A stretch of 64,000 bases of DNA from NCBI RefSeq assembly GCF_009914755.1, contig NC_060942.1; one strand, given 5' to 3'. The translations under genes and the position numbers were made by a program. Numbering within the stretch: position 1 is the stretch's first letter; each line of letters opens with the position of its first letter. Below are positions 1 through 13,378 of this stretch, in pieces. This stretch comes from the human T2T-CHM13v2.0 reference genome, Homo sapiens. Under the pieces are notes generated by a model. It saw only the letters and a list, made by a program, of their open reading frames with translations, did not search any database and was not told the origin of the DNA.

Positions 1-92
1 CTCTTTGCATAAACATATTTAGAAATAATGTCTTACCATCTCTCTAGGCATCCCTTACTCAGTCAAGTTGAAACATAAAATTAATCATCACA
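1..92 (-). mobile_element. MLT2-type (ERVL) LTR fragment, cut by the window edge
   Basis: AGTCAAGTTGAAACATAAAATTAATCATCACA is the reverse complement of the recalled MLT2 5' end TGTGATGGTTAATTTTATGTGTCAACTTGACT. Confidence 0.7.
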
Positions 93-499
93 CTTGGGGT
101 CTGGAATAAGGTGGAGGAAGCAAGACTAAAGAAAGTCTGTTGAGATCTCTCTGAGATGGAATTATCACATCACCAATGCCTAGTCTTTTGAGTTATAGAC
201 ATCTTTATATATTTGATAAAAGCAATCACTCCTCTCTCCAGAAGAATGTATATAACATGGCACAAAATTTTACATAGAATTTTGAAAGAATCATGAGCTA
301 CCTGAACACCAAACATAGACTACTAAGAGACCTATGGAACTTACATATTAAAATTTGCACCAGAGGCCATGACTCATAAATATAGGCACATCAATCTTTT
401 TATTATTGTAGCCTCAGTGCCAAATATCATGTCTGAGCACATGGAAGGTACTCAACAACTAATTTCTAAATAAATAGACTTCAATAGTAGTAGGCACCA

Positions 500-1410
500 G
501 TAAGAAAAGAATAAATGACTGCTATATACAAACACATGTGTTAATCTTAAGAAAAAATAATGCGGTTGGGAGACAATTGTCCTTGGATATCTCAGGGTGT
601 ATGCATGACCTAGGCATTCTGAGTAAAGGAGATGTTTTGGCAAACATGCCCTAGAAGCTAGAGATGGCGTCTCCCTAAAGATACAAACCCATAGAGACAT
701 GCAAATTAATAAAGTCTCTTTCCTCTCTTTCAGATACATTTGTTCACATTACAGGTTAGTAATCTTATCTTCTTCTTCTTTCCCAGAAGATATGTTTAAA
801 TTGCAGAGTAAAAGCCTTTCTCTCTGGGAAGGAGAGTGACAGGTGTGCCAGCCAGTATATGTAAGTTGCAAGTCTCATAATTTGGGGTTCCTCCCTTGTG
901 ATGCAAGCCCATTGCATATGTAGGTAAGCATCTGGCTGTCACTGCATCAGCTTGTGGGGATTGGAGAACAGGAAACTGCTGCTGAGATGCTGCTTTGGCT
1001 ACTCTTTTCCTATAAGTAATAAACAGTCTGTGTCTCTTACATAGAGCTTTGTTTTCTTTTGTCAGCACAGGTATATAAAACTATGACAAACTAATTTGTT
1101 ATATCACACATGGAGGTAATCACAGTTCTGTTATAGTTTCAGACCACATGAAGGAAACCAGACATTAATGGAGAAAACTTTGTATGATTTCTCTTACATT
1201 CAGGAAAAAGCAAAACTAATCCTCAGTGATAGAAATCAGAGTTGTGTTTTTCTCTGGGGTATACGAACTGAAAAGAGAAAGGAAGAAGTCTTCTGGAGTG
1301 TTTAAAATGATCTATATATTGCTTTAGATGGTGGTTACATGAATATAAATATTCAATTATCACCTAAGATTTGTGTAGTGTACTGCATGTATGCTATACC
1401 TCAATAAAAT
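500..1410 (+). mobile_element. Old L1M (L1ME-like) 3' UTR fragment, split by an LTR at about 561-1135
   Basis: L1M 3'-end motifs lie on both sides of the LTR, including GCAAAACTAATCCTCAGTGATAGAAATCAGAG and the terminal TGTATGCTATACCTCAATAAAA. Confidence 0.6.
561..1135 (+). mobile_element. ERVL-class solo LTR (LTR40/LTR41-like)
   Basis: Starts near GTTGGGAGACAATTGTCC and has AGTAATAAACAGTCTGTGTCTCT near the 3' end. The subfamily is from recall and uncertain. Confidence 0.55.
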
Positions 1411-2062
1411 ATTGCATAATAGAAAGGCCTATAGAAAAATGCCCTTTAAATTTCAGCAAGAAGTTAAGCTTAAGAAGAGAGCATATGTCTCCAAAAGCTT
1501 TTTATGAGGTACCTGACCCAACTTCTCTGACGTATTTTCACTGTTACATAGCATCAGAGTGTGCCATACATCACCTAGTTAATTATTCCTGCGGCCAGAG
1601 CTGGGAAATTTGGAAGGCTTGTATAATGGCTAATTTTATGTGTTGACATGGCTAGGCCATGGGTTGCCCAGATATTTGAAAAGATCAAACATTATTTGGG
1701 TGTTTCTGTGGGATGTTTCTGGGTGAGATTAACATTTAAGTTGATGGACTTTGAGTAAAGCAGAAAACCCTCTGTAATGTGGTGGGCCTCATCCAATCAG
1801 CCAAAGGCCTGAATCAAACAAAAAGATTAGCTTCCCTTGAGCAAGAGAGAATTCAGCAGACTGCCTTCAGCCTTCGTCGGCAACATCAGCAATTCCTGAT
1901 TCTATAGCAGATGGCCTCAGACTCGAACTGGAATATCAGCATCAGCTCTCCTGAGTCTCTAGCCTGCCATCCTACATCCTGCAGATTCCAGACTTGCTGG
2001 CCTCCATAGTAATGTGAGCCAATGTTTTATAATAAATATTTTTATACACGCTCCCATACACA

Positions 2063-2408
2063 AAGATGATTCCTGACTTACAATGATTTGACTTATGATT
2101 TTTTGACTTTACAATGATACAAAAGACATACGAATTCAGTAGAAACTATGCTTTGAATACCCATAGGACCATTCTGTTTTTCACTTTCAGTACAGTATTC
2201 AATAAATTATATAAGATATTCAACACTTTATTATATGATAGGTTTTGTGTTAGTTTTGCCCAACTTCAGGTTAATGGAAGTGTTTTGAGCACATTTAAGG
2301 TAGGCTAGGCTAAGATATGATGTCTGTTAAGTTAGGTGTATTAAATGCGTTTTTGTCTTATGATGGGTTTATCAGGATATTACCCCATTATAAGTCAAAG
2401 AACATCTG
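2063..2408 (-). mobile_element. MER47A-like Tigger-family non-autonomous DNA transposon
   Basis: Imperfect terminal inverted repeats AAGATGATTCCTGACTTACAATG and CATTATAAGTCAAAGAACATCTG, internal TAAGGTAGGCTAGGCTAAG, length about 345 bp. Confidence 0.75.
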
Positions 2409-2505
2409 TGTATACACACACACACAAACACACACACACTTTCTACATATATATGTATGTGTACATACATACATACACACACACACACTTGTACCCCCAC
2501 ACACA
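2409..2505. repeat. Compound (CA)n/(TA)n microsatellite
   Basis: Interrupted CA and TA runs are directly visible. Confidence 0.9.
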
Positions 2506-2861
2506 TGCATCCTATTGGTTGTGTTCTCTTGAGAACTCTAATAGAGCTTATCACTCTCAAAAGTTCAATATCACCATTGCTTTTACTAATTATACAGCCC
2601 TGTCTGTCCTGTCTGATTGTCTTCAAATATGGCAGAAAACCACATCTCAATCCTTACTATATTCCGCCTAAAGTCCATTCCTTCCTTCTGATTAATCCTC
2701 TCTACTTCTGCTTGGTTTTTACTGAAATAACAGGTGTGCATAGACAAAATCACGAAACCATATTGAGAATATCATGTGATTGGGAACTCAGAAGGGCCAA
2801 AACCTGGGATGTCATCAAAAATCAATCAAAATTTTCTAGAAATCAATATTGCAACAGTATC

Positions 2862-3168
2862 TTTTTTTTTTTTTTTTTTTTTTTTGAGACGGAGTCTTGC
2901 TTTGTTGCCCAGGCTGGAGTGCAGTGGCATGATCTTGGCTCACTGCAACCTCTGCCTTCCAGGTTCAAGCAATTTTTTCTGCCTCAGCCTCCTGAGTAGC
3001 TGGGATTACAGGCACCTGCCACCATGCCCAGCTAGTTTTTGTATCTTTTAGTAGAGATGGGGTTTTGCCATGTTGGCCAGGCTGGTCTTGAACTCCTGAC
3101 TTCAGGTGATCCACCTGTCTCAGCCTCCCAAAGTGCTGGGATTACAGGCGTAAGCCACCGTGCCTGCC
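2862..3168 (-). mobile_element. AluS, full length
   Basis: Poly(T) followed by both Alu arms; imperfect TSD GCAACAGTATCTTT / GTAATAGTATCTTT. Confidence 0.95.
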
Positions 3169-3918
3169 TGTAATAGTATCTTTAAACTAGTCTGCTCCTC
3201 AGTTTTCCCCTCTCCTTTCTGCATTTTGCTGTATTCTTCATTATATTCTTGCTAAATATGCTACCTCCATTGAACATATGACAAGATATAGCATTATTCA
3301 ATAGCGGATGAGGATTGGAACATATAATTCTGGCTTCCTGATTATCATGACTCTTTTATATCCATTTACCTAATGTCTTTAGAAAGTATAGTACATAGAA
3401 TACATTTATTTTAGTTGAGTTTTATATCCAGTAACAGCTATTAAATTTTACATTTAATCCTAACTGGACTAGTTCAAAATTCATAAGACTAAACACATTT
3501 CTCAGTTTTTGCTTTTTTCTCTTAGTCGATTTTATAAAGCTATATAAGACCAACATTCACATAAAAGACAACTTTTACCAACTATTGTGTTTTCTGGCTC
3601 CTAAGTTAATTGTACTAATACATATTTTAAAAGAAATTTGTCAATCAGATAAATGTCTTTTTAGATAAAAATATAAGAGCGGCAGTGATGGCTGCTGACA
3701 TTTATTGGAATATGCACAAATGTCTCACCATAGCTTGTTAAATAACTATTTTCCTGCTGAAAATATGTTTAACTTTTACCAACTTAGCAAAAGTGGATCT
3801 GATAGCAATTCTCAGAGCAGGTCTCTAATTTGGTAAATAGCCCACAGAGGTATTTTATTTACATGTTTCAAATCCTTTTTCAAAAAGTAAGGTCTACGTC
3901 AATAAAATGGAGGGATAA

Positions 3919-3923
<5 letters not shown>

Positions 3924-3971
<48 letters not shown>
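3924..3971. repeat. Perfect (AC)24 microsatellite
   Basis: Uninterrupted AC run of about 48 bp. Confidence 0.95.
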
Positions 3972-3974
<3 letters not shown>

Positions 3975-4034
3975 CAGACTTTATCTCTAAGAAGAATATG
4001 GTGGCCATGAGAATGCATTTCACAAATCACAGAG

Positions 4035-4440
4035 CATAATTTTCTGATGGCTTTCACTTCTGTATTCTGAAGTTTATCTCCACATTCTGACTGAGGCTAT
4101 GGCTTCCACCGGCTGCACCCAGCCTGTGCCTGATCGCATCAGGGATGCTAAAGCAGGCCCATTCCTGATACATGTAGAACTCCTTTGACGATGACTTTGG
4201 CTCAAGACCTCCCCCTAGGGAACTTCCCTTTGAACTACACGGCAGGCTAGGGGCTTCCACCTGGAGCATCCTCACCCCCGTCTCTCCTCTCAGGATGAGA
4301 CCTCCGCCACCGCGGTCTAATGGCTTTCCAGGTCTCCCCGGTATCCCTCTCCATTTTCTCTCCCTGGTATCTTCCATAATAGGTCATTTTCATGTTTAAT
4401 TCTTGATATCTGATTCTCAAAGGACAAAAACTAACAAATA
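4035..4440 (+). mobile_element. Old ERVL solo LTR (LTR16-like)
   Basis: GC-richer block ending TTCTCAAAGGACAAAAACTAACA, resembling recalled LTR16-group 3' ends. Confidence 0.5.
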
Positions 4441-4750
4441 CAGAGTTATATTTTATTATTGAAACAGTTTCTTGAGATAAAGACTATGTTTTTAATGACG
4501 TCTATATAGAGAAAGAATACACTAAAGGATAACAGAGAAAGGGAAATAGAAAAAAGAAGATGGTACTCAAAGGGCTGGCAGAGAAACAACATCAAAGAGA
4601 GGAGAAAGATAGAAGAGGTAAAAGCCAGAGGCTCCCAAAAAGGGAGGTGGAGACAGATAGTAAAAAAGAAATAGCATCAGATGATGAATACAATGGAAAG
4701 AAAATCTGACTCCATGTTCCCAAACTTGGCAATGCTGTCAGCTTCTTGCT

Positions 4751-4798
4751 TATCCTTCACCCCAGGGTGCTGGATATCCTTCACCCCAGGGTGCTGGA
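4751..4798. repeat. Perfect 24-bp tandem duplication
   Basis: TATCCTTCACCCCAGGGTGCTGGA occurs twice head to tail. Confidence 0.95.
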
Positions 4799-5094
4799 GG
4801 TGAAGGAGATGGAAAAGTTACCGAAGAGAACAGAAACTCATCTAACATCATCTTTCATCTCTAGTCATTCTTCATGTGGTTCATCCTTCTCAGTCTGAAT
4901 AACAAAGTTTCTCTAGAAGCACCAGTGTCTACAATTTCAGATTTTAAAAGGCAAAATTTGCAGCTTTTTTTTAGTTCTTGTAAACATCTAGCATATTTTA
5001 TAATTTAGATATCTATTTAAAAAGACTGGTCCTGTTTAAAATGCAGGATTGATAAATTAAGGGACATTTTCCCTCATCTTAAAACACTTAGCCA

Positions 5095-5442
5095 ATCTTA
5101 GTCAATTCGGACTGCTAAAACAGAAGGCCATAGACTGGGTGGCTTAAACAACATTTATTTTTCACAGTTCTGGAAGCTGGGAAGTCTAAGATCAAGGCAT
5201 CAGCAGATCCAGTTTCTGGTGAGGGCTCTCTTTCTAGTTTAAAGGCGATGATCTTGTATCCTCATATGGCAAAGAGAGATCATTTCTCTCTTGCTCCTTC
5301 TTATAAGGGCCCCAATACCATTCATGAGGCTCCACCATCATGACCGAATTACCTTCCAAAGGCATTACCTTCCAATACCATCATAATAGGAATTAGAATT
5401 TCAACTCAATTTTGGAATGACACAAACATTTAGTTCATAAGA
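5095..5442 (-). mobile_element. MLT1A-type MaLR solo LTR
   Basis: CATAGACTGGGTGGCTTAAACAAC, CACAGTTCTGGAAGCTGGGAAGTCTAAGATCAAGG and GACACAAACATTTAGTTCATA motifs. Confidence 0.8.
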
Positions 5443-5679
5443 GTAGCCAAGATGTTCTTTCATTTAATCTTGTTCCTTTCTTTTATTCCTTTATCTCCTG
5501 TTGCTTAAAGGAATCATCATTTTTCTTTTCTAGGTGTCAACAATTTTGGCATTGCAGAAGACCATGGAGACAACTTTTTTATTTCTCCATCACACAAGGA
5601 CTGAAGATACAAAAATGAGTTTTTCTTTCCTATGGCCTTGGACTAGCTATATACGATAGTAATTAGCAAGCAGGCTCTG

Positions 5680-6065
5680 AATTACACGAGCCCCTCCCAC
5701 TGACTCTTGTACTTTTTAGCTATAAGAACCTAAGCACGAACTTCGCAGAGCTCCAGTGCTTCTGTTTTGAAAAGAGATAATATTTCCTATGGGATAGGGT
5801 TGTCTGGGGGTACTAAATGAGAACTACATACAAAGTACTTAATGGAAGGTATGTAGGACTCAATAGAGGTAGCTATTAAATTGTATGTAAGTAACAAATC
5901 CTGATAATGTTCAATTCTGAATAAAACTTAGCAAGGTAGTTTTATTGTCTTTATTATTTTTTATTGATTAGAAAACTGATCCTAAAATAAGTTAATTAAT
6001 TTTGCCATAGAAATACCCATTTATTGTACAAATTGGTGATTTTCGAACCCAGATCTATTTTCCAC
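5680..6065. mobile_element. Two degraded MIR fragments (plus about 5680-5880, minus about 5900-6065)
   Basis: MIR-like ATAGGGTTGT..TAAATGAGA and GAAAACTGA..TTCGAACCCAGATCT motifs. Confidence 0.5.
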
Positions 6066-9000
6066 TGTCTTGCAGCAATGCTGTGCAGAGCTGGGCCTGC
6101 CTCATGCCCTTGGCATAGCTGTGAGTTACTGTGTAAGCTGTGTTCACCTGCTAAAGAGTTCATCTTCCAGAAAAATCAGAGAGATATTACGGGCAAAAGC
6201 CCAGAATTCCTTAAGAGTATAGGAAGATGCACAATGAACACTCCCACCCACTAAGAAGGAAGAACAATTAAAGGCTGAACTATGGTGATGCCATATTTTT
6301 ACATCCGAAGGCACTGCACCACAGGCCCACAATGAACATTTAGCTCTCTTAAGTCTCCACATTCTTTATTCTGTTTTTGGAAAAGCTTCCTGTTTCTAAT
6401 TTGACAAGCCATCTGCCTTGTTAGCTTTGCTTCCTTTATCATTTTTTTTTTACCTTTGAAAATAAACTCTAGAAGCAGCCCCACGTAAGGCAAAGAAAAA
6501 TAATGAAGAAAAACATGTGCCAAGGGCTTCACTGACACAACGTTCATCCCTAGTGTTTTTAATTTGTCGATTTGTTTTGCTTGATTGGAGGTCCACTGAA
6601 TAGGAACATAATTTCTATGCTACTGCCTGTATGCCAATACAATCATTCACTATTTCTTAATATAAAATTGCAAGATGGCTTACTTTTAGAAATACAGCGG
6701 GAAATGTAATTAAGTATTGAAAACAGTTTCTCTTTTCCAGTCAAAAGTGTCTGAATAACTTCTACTTATATACTACTCTGTAATTGCCAAAGCACTTTTA
6801 TATGTATCGTTAGATTTAATCCTCCTATTTACCTTCTCTGGGATTAAATTAGCTTGTAGTTGAGGATGGGGTGGGGTAGATTTTGTGAAAGTTCTACAGA
6901 TTCTGCTGTGTGTTCTCTTCTTCTTGTTTAAATATTGGAATTTTAGGAATCTGCACAGGTCTCTTAATTTATCACATAGGCCTCAGGTAAAAAAACTGGT
7001 TTAGGCACAGGGTAAAAACAGACTTAACCTGTCCCTTCCAGGTAAACATTTGTATTTTAAGTGCATTTAATTATCTCTGAAATTCCACATTTGACCTTTT
7101 CACCTTCCCCAAAAACTTCTTGGGAAAGAAACCATTGGTTTGTACTCCTTGAGAAGCCTCATACAAGTTGCTTAATATTTAAAGGTTAAAAAATAATTAC
7201 TTGGGCTCAAAATTAACAGGTTTTTGCTTGTATTCCCTGTGATGTATGAGCAGATTACTTTATTAGAAAATCATTAGAGCATAATTTGCTTCTACTTGTT
7301 GCTGACATCAATTTTTATTTCTTGTAATTAAAATACAGGTTCTTATAATATGTCATTATTGTAAATAGCATGCTGCCAGATATTGATGTGAAATTGTCAT
7401 TAACCCTAACACCTATGCCTTTTTTTAAAAGTGTGTGAGTTTACCAAGGTTATGCCACATTTAGACCCCTTCACCCTACTTATACACAAAGTGCTCTTTC
7501 TACAGACAGCCTGGGATGGGTCTCACAATGAATTTCCATAAATATTTCCTTTTGTGTTGTCTTGCTTTTATTCTCAAAAGCCATGAAAACCCAACTGAAT
7601 TTGTCTGGATCATTGTGAATGAGTTTCTTACTGATGTAGGAAACACAATATGAGCAAAAGCAAAATCAGAGTCTAAGCAGGACTGAAGAAGATGGGAAGT
7701 CTGTGATTTATGCTATTATAAGAGGGAGGCTGGAAATCAGGATATTTAAGAGACAAGGATGCACAGAACCCCAGCTTAAACTTTCTGTTAGAATTTTAGT
7801 CTTGTCGTCAAAGTCTTGCCTTACAAGACAAATATGTCTTAGTTTTACAGTTCAACATGCACCAAAAATTTTACCTAGCTAGAGTTTCTAGGCTATTCTC
7901 TCCTTGGAAATAAATTATACCTCTCAGAAAATTCAGCCCAAGAACCAGTTCTAATGCTTATGAGAGGGATTCAATGATCAGCCCATATGTGACGAGAAAT
8001 AGAAACCAGAAGAAAAAAAGAAAAGGTTATTATTTTAACATGCACACTCGGTAAGAAAGCACGTGAGTGTATGCATGCAGACAAAGTGTAAGTCTTCTAC
8101 TGTGCGCACTTTCAAACTAAATTAATTTGTTTAAAGTTTAACAGTCATTTTGTGCATGCCCCTTTTCTTCATTGCCCATGGTTTCACTTGGCTATAATCA
8201 AATAAAACTGGATTCACTGGTTCTCATAACAATAGAGCAGATTTGAGAGCAGAAAATAGGCCTTTGGGATTCAGCATGTGTCCTGCTTTGGAAAACCTTG
8301 AAATTTAGCAAAGAGTTCTTGACAATATATTAAAGCTTCTGTAGCCTCTTATAGACCCATTTAACTTACACTTAATCTCTTTTTTTAAAGACATGAGTCC
8401 ATTCCATGAGGTTTTTTTTTTCTTTTCATGATAGCTGATTTGTAATGCCTTCCTCTGTGTCACGTGGTTATAGAAATCATTATAGACTCTAGATGATAGA
8501 AGAAAATGTAAGCATTCTATATCCAATTCTCTGTGCATGAAGAAAAACAAGCCAAACAATGTACATCCAATAGCTATTGGCTGTGCTGGAACTAAAATTT
8601 AAGCTATTTACTCTGAAATAGTATGTACTGTACTACGCTGTCTCAGGAATTTGTCTTCTGAAAAAAGACTTCTAGGAAGGAAAAACTGGGTACTGTTCTA
8701 TTGGAATCTCCTCTCTGGTAAACTTTCTTCCTGCCCTGGTCTCCAATCTGGGAGTTCCCAGCTGACAAGTGTGTTAGTAGCCTTGCCTGTCCGCCATTCA
8801 GGAGCTGTAACATGGGGGTTCTGTATCTTAGCTACACATTCCAAATCACCTGAGGAGTCCAACAAAAAAGAGCTTCTATTTCTGGCCATAATTCAACAAC
8901 TGGTATTGAACTTACCCTAAGTAAGTTGTAAAGAAGTATAAAATTGAACAAAATACAAGGCAATTGTTTTCATACATTAGACAATCAGAGTCAGAGGACT

Positions 9001-10273
9001 GTGATATTAGAGAGGATGAAAATTTAAGAGATATGACTCATTTTGCCCCAGGTTTTGCCTGGTAGTACTTTCCCAATCTAAGAACAGGAAAATGGAATGT
9101 GAGTAGAGGTCAGGTGCCTCTCTGAGCCACCGGGCTTAGGATGGGAGACAGAGAATGCAGCTTAGGATTGCTGAAGCAATTCGGGCTTGTGGAGCAGGAT
9201 GCAAGAGAAGAGGGAGTCATGTAGATGGTTGTCCCAGAAAATGGCACAGTTTCCCTGCAACACCCTAGCCAAAAGCTGCTCTGCATGTGCAGAGGGGAGA
9301 TTGTCAGGCCCAGCAGAGAGCAGATGCTGCAGGCCCAATTGCTGTACAGAAATCCCAGAGGCCATGAATGTCTGGGAGAGGTTAGTGGTCTAGGCTGGCT
9401 AGAAAGGTGCTGAATTTTGTTCTGGCAGCTGGTTAAATTGCTAGTATATCCTATTGTATCTGTTAAGCTTTGTCTTAAAATAGGAATATAGTGTTTTATT
9501 TTCTTTATCCTAAGTCATGGTTAAGGTATAAGTCCTTATTCTCATTACATAGCCTTTCTGGATCTCAGCTGCATGCTCAGCAAACAAAGAACACCACATC
9601 TAGGCATGTAATAGTTACACTGCTAAATACAAAAGATAAGCACAAATTTTAAAAGTGGTCAGAAATAAAAACATATATGCAAATGAACAATGATATGAAT
9701 GATGGCTAGCTACTATTAGAAATAATGGCAGCCAGGAGTCTATGAAATGCCATATTTACAGTGGTGAAAAAAGATACTGTAAACTCTCTCCTTCAATAAT
9801 GATAGTGAAATGAAGACACGTTAAATAATAGCTGGGAAAATTTGTTCCCAGCATATCTGCACTAACAAGAAATGATAAAGGGAATTCTTGAAGCTGAAGT
9901 CAAATATTATTACATAGAAATTTATAATTAAAAAAGAATTTAGAGCACCCCAGAAGTGGTTAATATGTGAGTAAATAAAAAGAACTATCTTTATTTAAAA
10001 ATTAAAAGACTATTTTAAAAAATTAATATTTATTGTGAGATCTACAGTGTATATAAAAATAAAATATATAAGAATGATAGCACAAAGGATAGGAAATAGA
10101 TGGAGTTAGCCTATTATGAGGTTCATACATTTCACATAAACTAGTATAATATTAATTTTAAGTAGACAATGAGAAGAATGCATATTGTAATTCCTGAACA
10201 GCACTCAAAATTACATAAAGGAATATATCTAAAAACACATCAGAGAAAACCAAGTATAATAATATTAGGATTT

Positions 10274-10370
10274 TATGTATATGTATATGTATATGTATAT
10301 ATAAAAAACATACATATATCAACACACACACACAGACACACAGACACACACACACACACATACATATATT
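10274..10370. repeat. (TATATG)n and (CA)n compound microsatellite
   Basis: Directly visible. Confidence 0.9.
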
Positions 10371-11798
10371 AAGACAGCATGGCTAAATTTTCAGGATCCA
10401 GTAACACAGTGCTTAAAGGGACACTTGTGTTAAATGCATATATTATAGAAAGAAAATTGATTGAAAACAAAAATCTAAGTTTCCACGTGAAGAATCTAGA
10501 AGAAGAAGAGTAATACAATCCAAAGTCAAGAAAAGTTAATAATAAAGGGAAGGGCAGAAATAAAAAAGAAAAAAAACTAAAAAAAAAATTAAAGTCAAAA
10601 CTGGATATTTTGAACAGATTAACAAATTAACAAACTTTTTGCAAGATGATCAAGAAGAAATGAGAAACACTAATTAATGTAAATGTTAGTAAAGAGCCTA
10701 TAGATATTAAAACAATAAAACACTTTACACCAATACATTTGACAACTTAGAACCACAATTCAGAACCATAGGTTATCAAATTTGACGCAAAAGAAAAGGA
10801 AAGCTAAAAACTTTTTATATATTATAGAAAAAAACCTTGAAAAAAAACTACAGGCCTTAATGATTTTACTGGTGAATTCTTTCAACCATTTACTGCAGAA
10901 ATAATACTAATGTACAAAAATCTTTCAGAAAACAGAGATGGAGGGAGGAAGCACTTCCCAACTCATTTTATGAGGTCATCATAATTGCAGACCAGTATTA
11001 CTCATGAGCCCAATATTACTCAAAAATCCTCAGACCAATGTTACTCAAAAATTATTAACAAAGTATTCATAAATGAACCCTAAAATATCTAAAACAACTT
11101 ATATTTAAACTTTTTCATAGGAATGCAAAACTAGTTTGTTAATTCAAATGTGAATCAATACAATTCATTGTGCTAATAGAAAAAGGAAAAAATGTCTTAT
11201 AATCACTTCAATAGATATAGGAAAAGCATTGAACAAAATTCAATATTTATTCCTGAAAAGAGAGCGAAATTAAGATGGGAGGTCAATTTGTCAATCTGAT
11301 AAAGGCCATCTATGAAAAATGTACAGCTAAATATTTTACCACTAAATAGTAAAATATTTAATGCTTCCTAAATACATGCAGTGATATATCATGTACATTG
11401 ATGGATAAACACAATATTGTTGAGACGTACATTTTCTTCAAAGCAATCTATAAACTCACGCAATTCTAACTTCAAAGGAATTCTAAATCTGATTCTAAAT
11501 TTTACATGGAATAACAAAGATTCAAATAGCCAATACGATCTTGAAAAAGTTCATCTAAATTGGAGTATTTATACTACTTAATATCAAGAGGTACTATAAA
11601 TTGAAGTACAGTGTGTAAGGGCAAATAGATTAATAGGACAAAGTGGAGTACAGACATAGACCCAGCTGATTTTCAGCAAATGTTTCAGAGCAGTTCAGTG
11701 AAGAAAATACAGCCTTTTCAATAAATGGTTATGAAATACTTCTGTGGAAAAGTAAATGTATGAATAAGTAAACTTGATCTCTTTCTCATATCGTATAC

Positions 11799-12010
11799 CA
11801 GGGGTTGGCAACCATTTTCTGCAAGGTTAGCGAAGTAAATATTTTTACCTGTATGATCTCAGTTATTACAACCATTGAACTCTGTCATTATAGGGCAAAA
11901 GCTGCCATTATGTAACTACCTGAGTAAAACAGTTTCGATAAAACTTTATTTTTTTAAAAAAAGGTGATGGGGTAGACTTTGTCGGCAGGCTGTAGTTTTT
12001 GCCCACCCTT
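11799..12010 (+). mobile_element. MER58A-like hAT-Charlie MITE nested in L1
   Basis: Terminal inverted repeats CAGGGGTTGGCAA and TTGCCCACCCTTG; internal ATAAAACTTTATTT. Confidence 0.75.
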
Positions 12011-12479
12011 GACATTGCAAAGTTTTAGATGAATCTCATATCTCCATCCTAAAGCTAAAATGGCAAGTTTCTGGCACAAAATGTAGAATATCCTTGCAAC
12101 CTTGAGGTAAACAAAGATTTTTAGATAAGGCACAAAAGTCTCTAACCATAAAAGGAAAAATAACCAGAAAAATAATTTCTTTAAAATTCAAAAAAATCTG
12201 TGTATCAAAAGACACTATAAAGAAAATATAAAAATGCAATCTACAGGTTAGGGAAAAAACAATTACAATTAAAATGACTGGCTACACAAAATAGAAAAAC
12301 CATTTGTAAACATTTGTCAGCACTCACTGAGTTACACAGTAAAGATCAGTGCATTTTGCTATATGTAAAAATTTTAAAGCACACTGAATTTCAGCTTTTA
12401 AGTGAAAACAAATGATAACACTGATTCCACAGCTCCCTTTACCCATCTCCCATCCCGATATTCTGCTTTGATAGATATG

Positions 12480-12769
12480 GTGGGTGGAGCTTCAGTGTCC
12501 CATGGCAGGAGAGGATGGATGTCCCAGTTCAAGAAGACAGAGAGAGAGAAAACCATTTTTCTAAAGGTTGGTTTTTGTTCTATACAGGTCCTCAGCAGAT
12601 TATATGATGTCCACCTGTATCAGTAGTGGTGAATTTTCTTTACTCAGTATGCTGATTCAAATACTAATCCCTTCCAGAAATATCCTCAGACATACCCAGA
12701 AATAATGCATAATATTTTACCAACTATCTGGGCATCCAGTCAAGTGGGCATATAAAATTAACCACCACA
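12480..12769 (-). mobile_element. MLT2-type ERVL LTR, 5' part
   Basis: Ends CTATCTGGGCATCCAGTCAAGTGGGCATATAAAATTAACCACCACA; internal GGATGGATGTCCCAGTTCAAG. Confidence 0.8.
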
Positions 12770-13257
12770 TCAATAAAATACATTTTTTAAATCTTCACTA
12801 ATATTACCTGTTATTTTCGAATGGGATTTTCTAACAAACGCTGTGCTTTTCTGATGGTGAGGATGTTAATAGGAATAGAGTTCCTTCTCTACTAAAAGCA
12901 CAAATTCATTTTATCATATCCCTAGTAATACAACTCAAAAAATTAATGGATTATATTCTAATGATTTATTTCCTAATGAAATTCTTTATATTTTAGGAAA
13001 AAGGCTATGCAAACTCTTGAATGCTCTAGACAAGCAGATAACAGGAAACAGAAAAAGAGGTAGCTAAGGAAAAGCAATGGTCCAGACTATTGTTATTTAA
13101 ATAACTTAACTACATATGCAAATTATTTAGTAAAGAATTACTAGAAATGCTTAATAAAAGTATAATAAAACCTCTATAGTTCATAAATATGTATTATATA
13201 ATTGCAAAGCGCTAAAAAAGAAAACTGGGAGCTTATGCATTTTCCTTTTCTGTAAAC

Positions 13258-13378
13258 ACGTTCATTCTTTAATTCAACAAACATATTTTTAGCCATCTAT
13301 GACATGTCTGGCATTGTTCTGGGCCTAGGGTTTTATCAGTAAATAACACAGCACCCTCTACCCATGGGGCTCACATGA
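13258..13378 (-). mobile_element. L2 3' end fragment
   Basis: TTCATTCTTTAATTCAACAAACATATTTTTAGC..GGCATTGTTCTGGGC matches the typical reverse-strand L2 tail. Confidence 0.65.

Larger units (their letters stand above)
1620..2545 (+). mobile_element. MLT2-type ERVL LTR, interrupted by MER47A and a CA/TA microsatellite
   Basis: 5' end TGTATAATGGCTAATTTTATGTG, internal GGGCCTCATCCAATCAG, and the 3' end TCCTATTGGTTGTGTTCTCTTGAGAACTCTAATA resumes at about 2510. Confidence 0.8.
8800..12400 (+). mobile_element. Heavily decayed old L1M (5' region, ORF1 and ORF2 remnants, 3' piece)
   Basis: A-rich plus strand with ORF2-like remnants TTTTACTGGTGAATTCT, ACTTCCCAACTCATTTTATGAGG and AAAAGCATTGAACAAAATTCAA; no open frame. 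The 5' boundary is uncertain. Confidence 0.7.

Noticed and set aside
2317-3051. Overlapping ORFs up to 180 aa
   Set aside because: They are read-through of CA microsatellite and antisense Alu sequence (HTHT and FFFF tracts).
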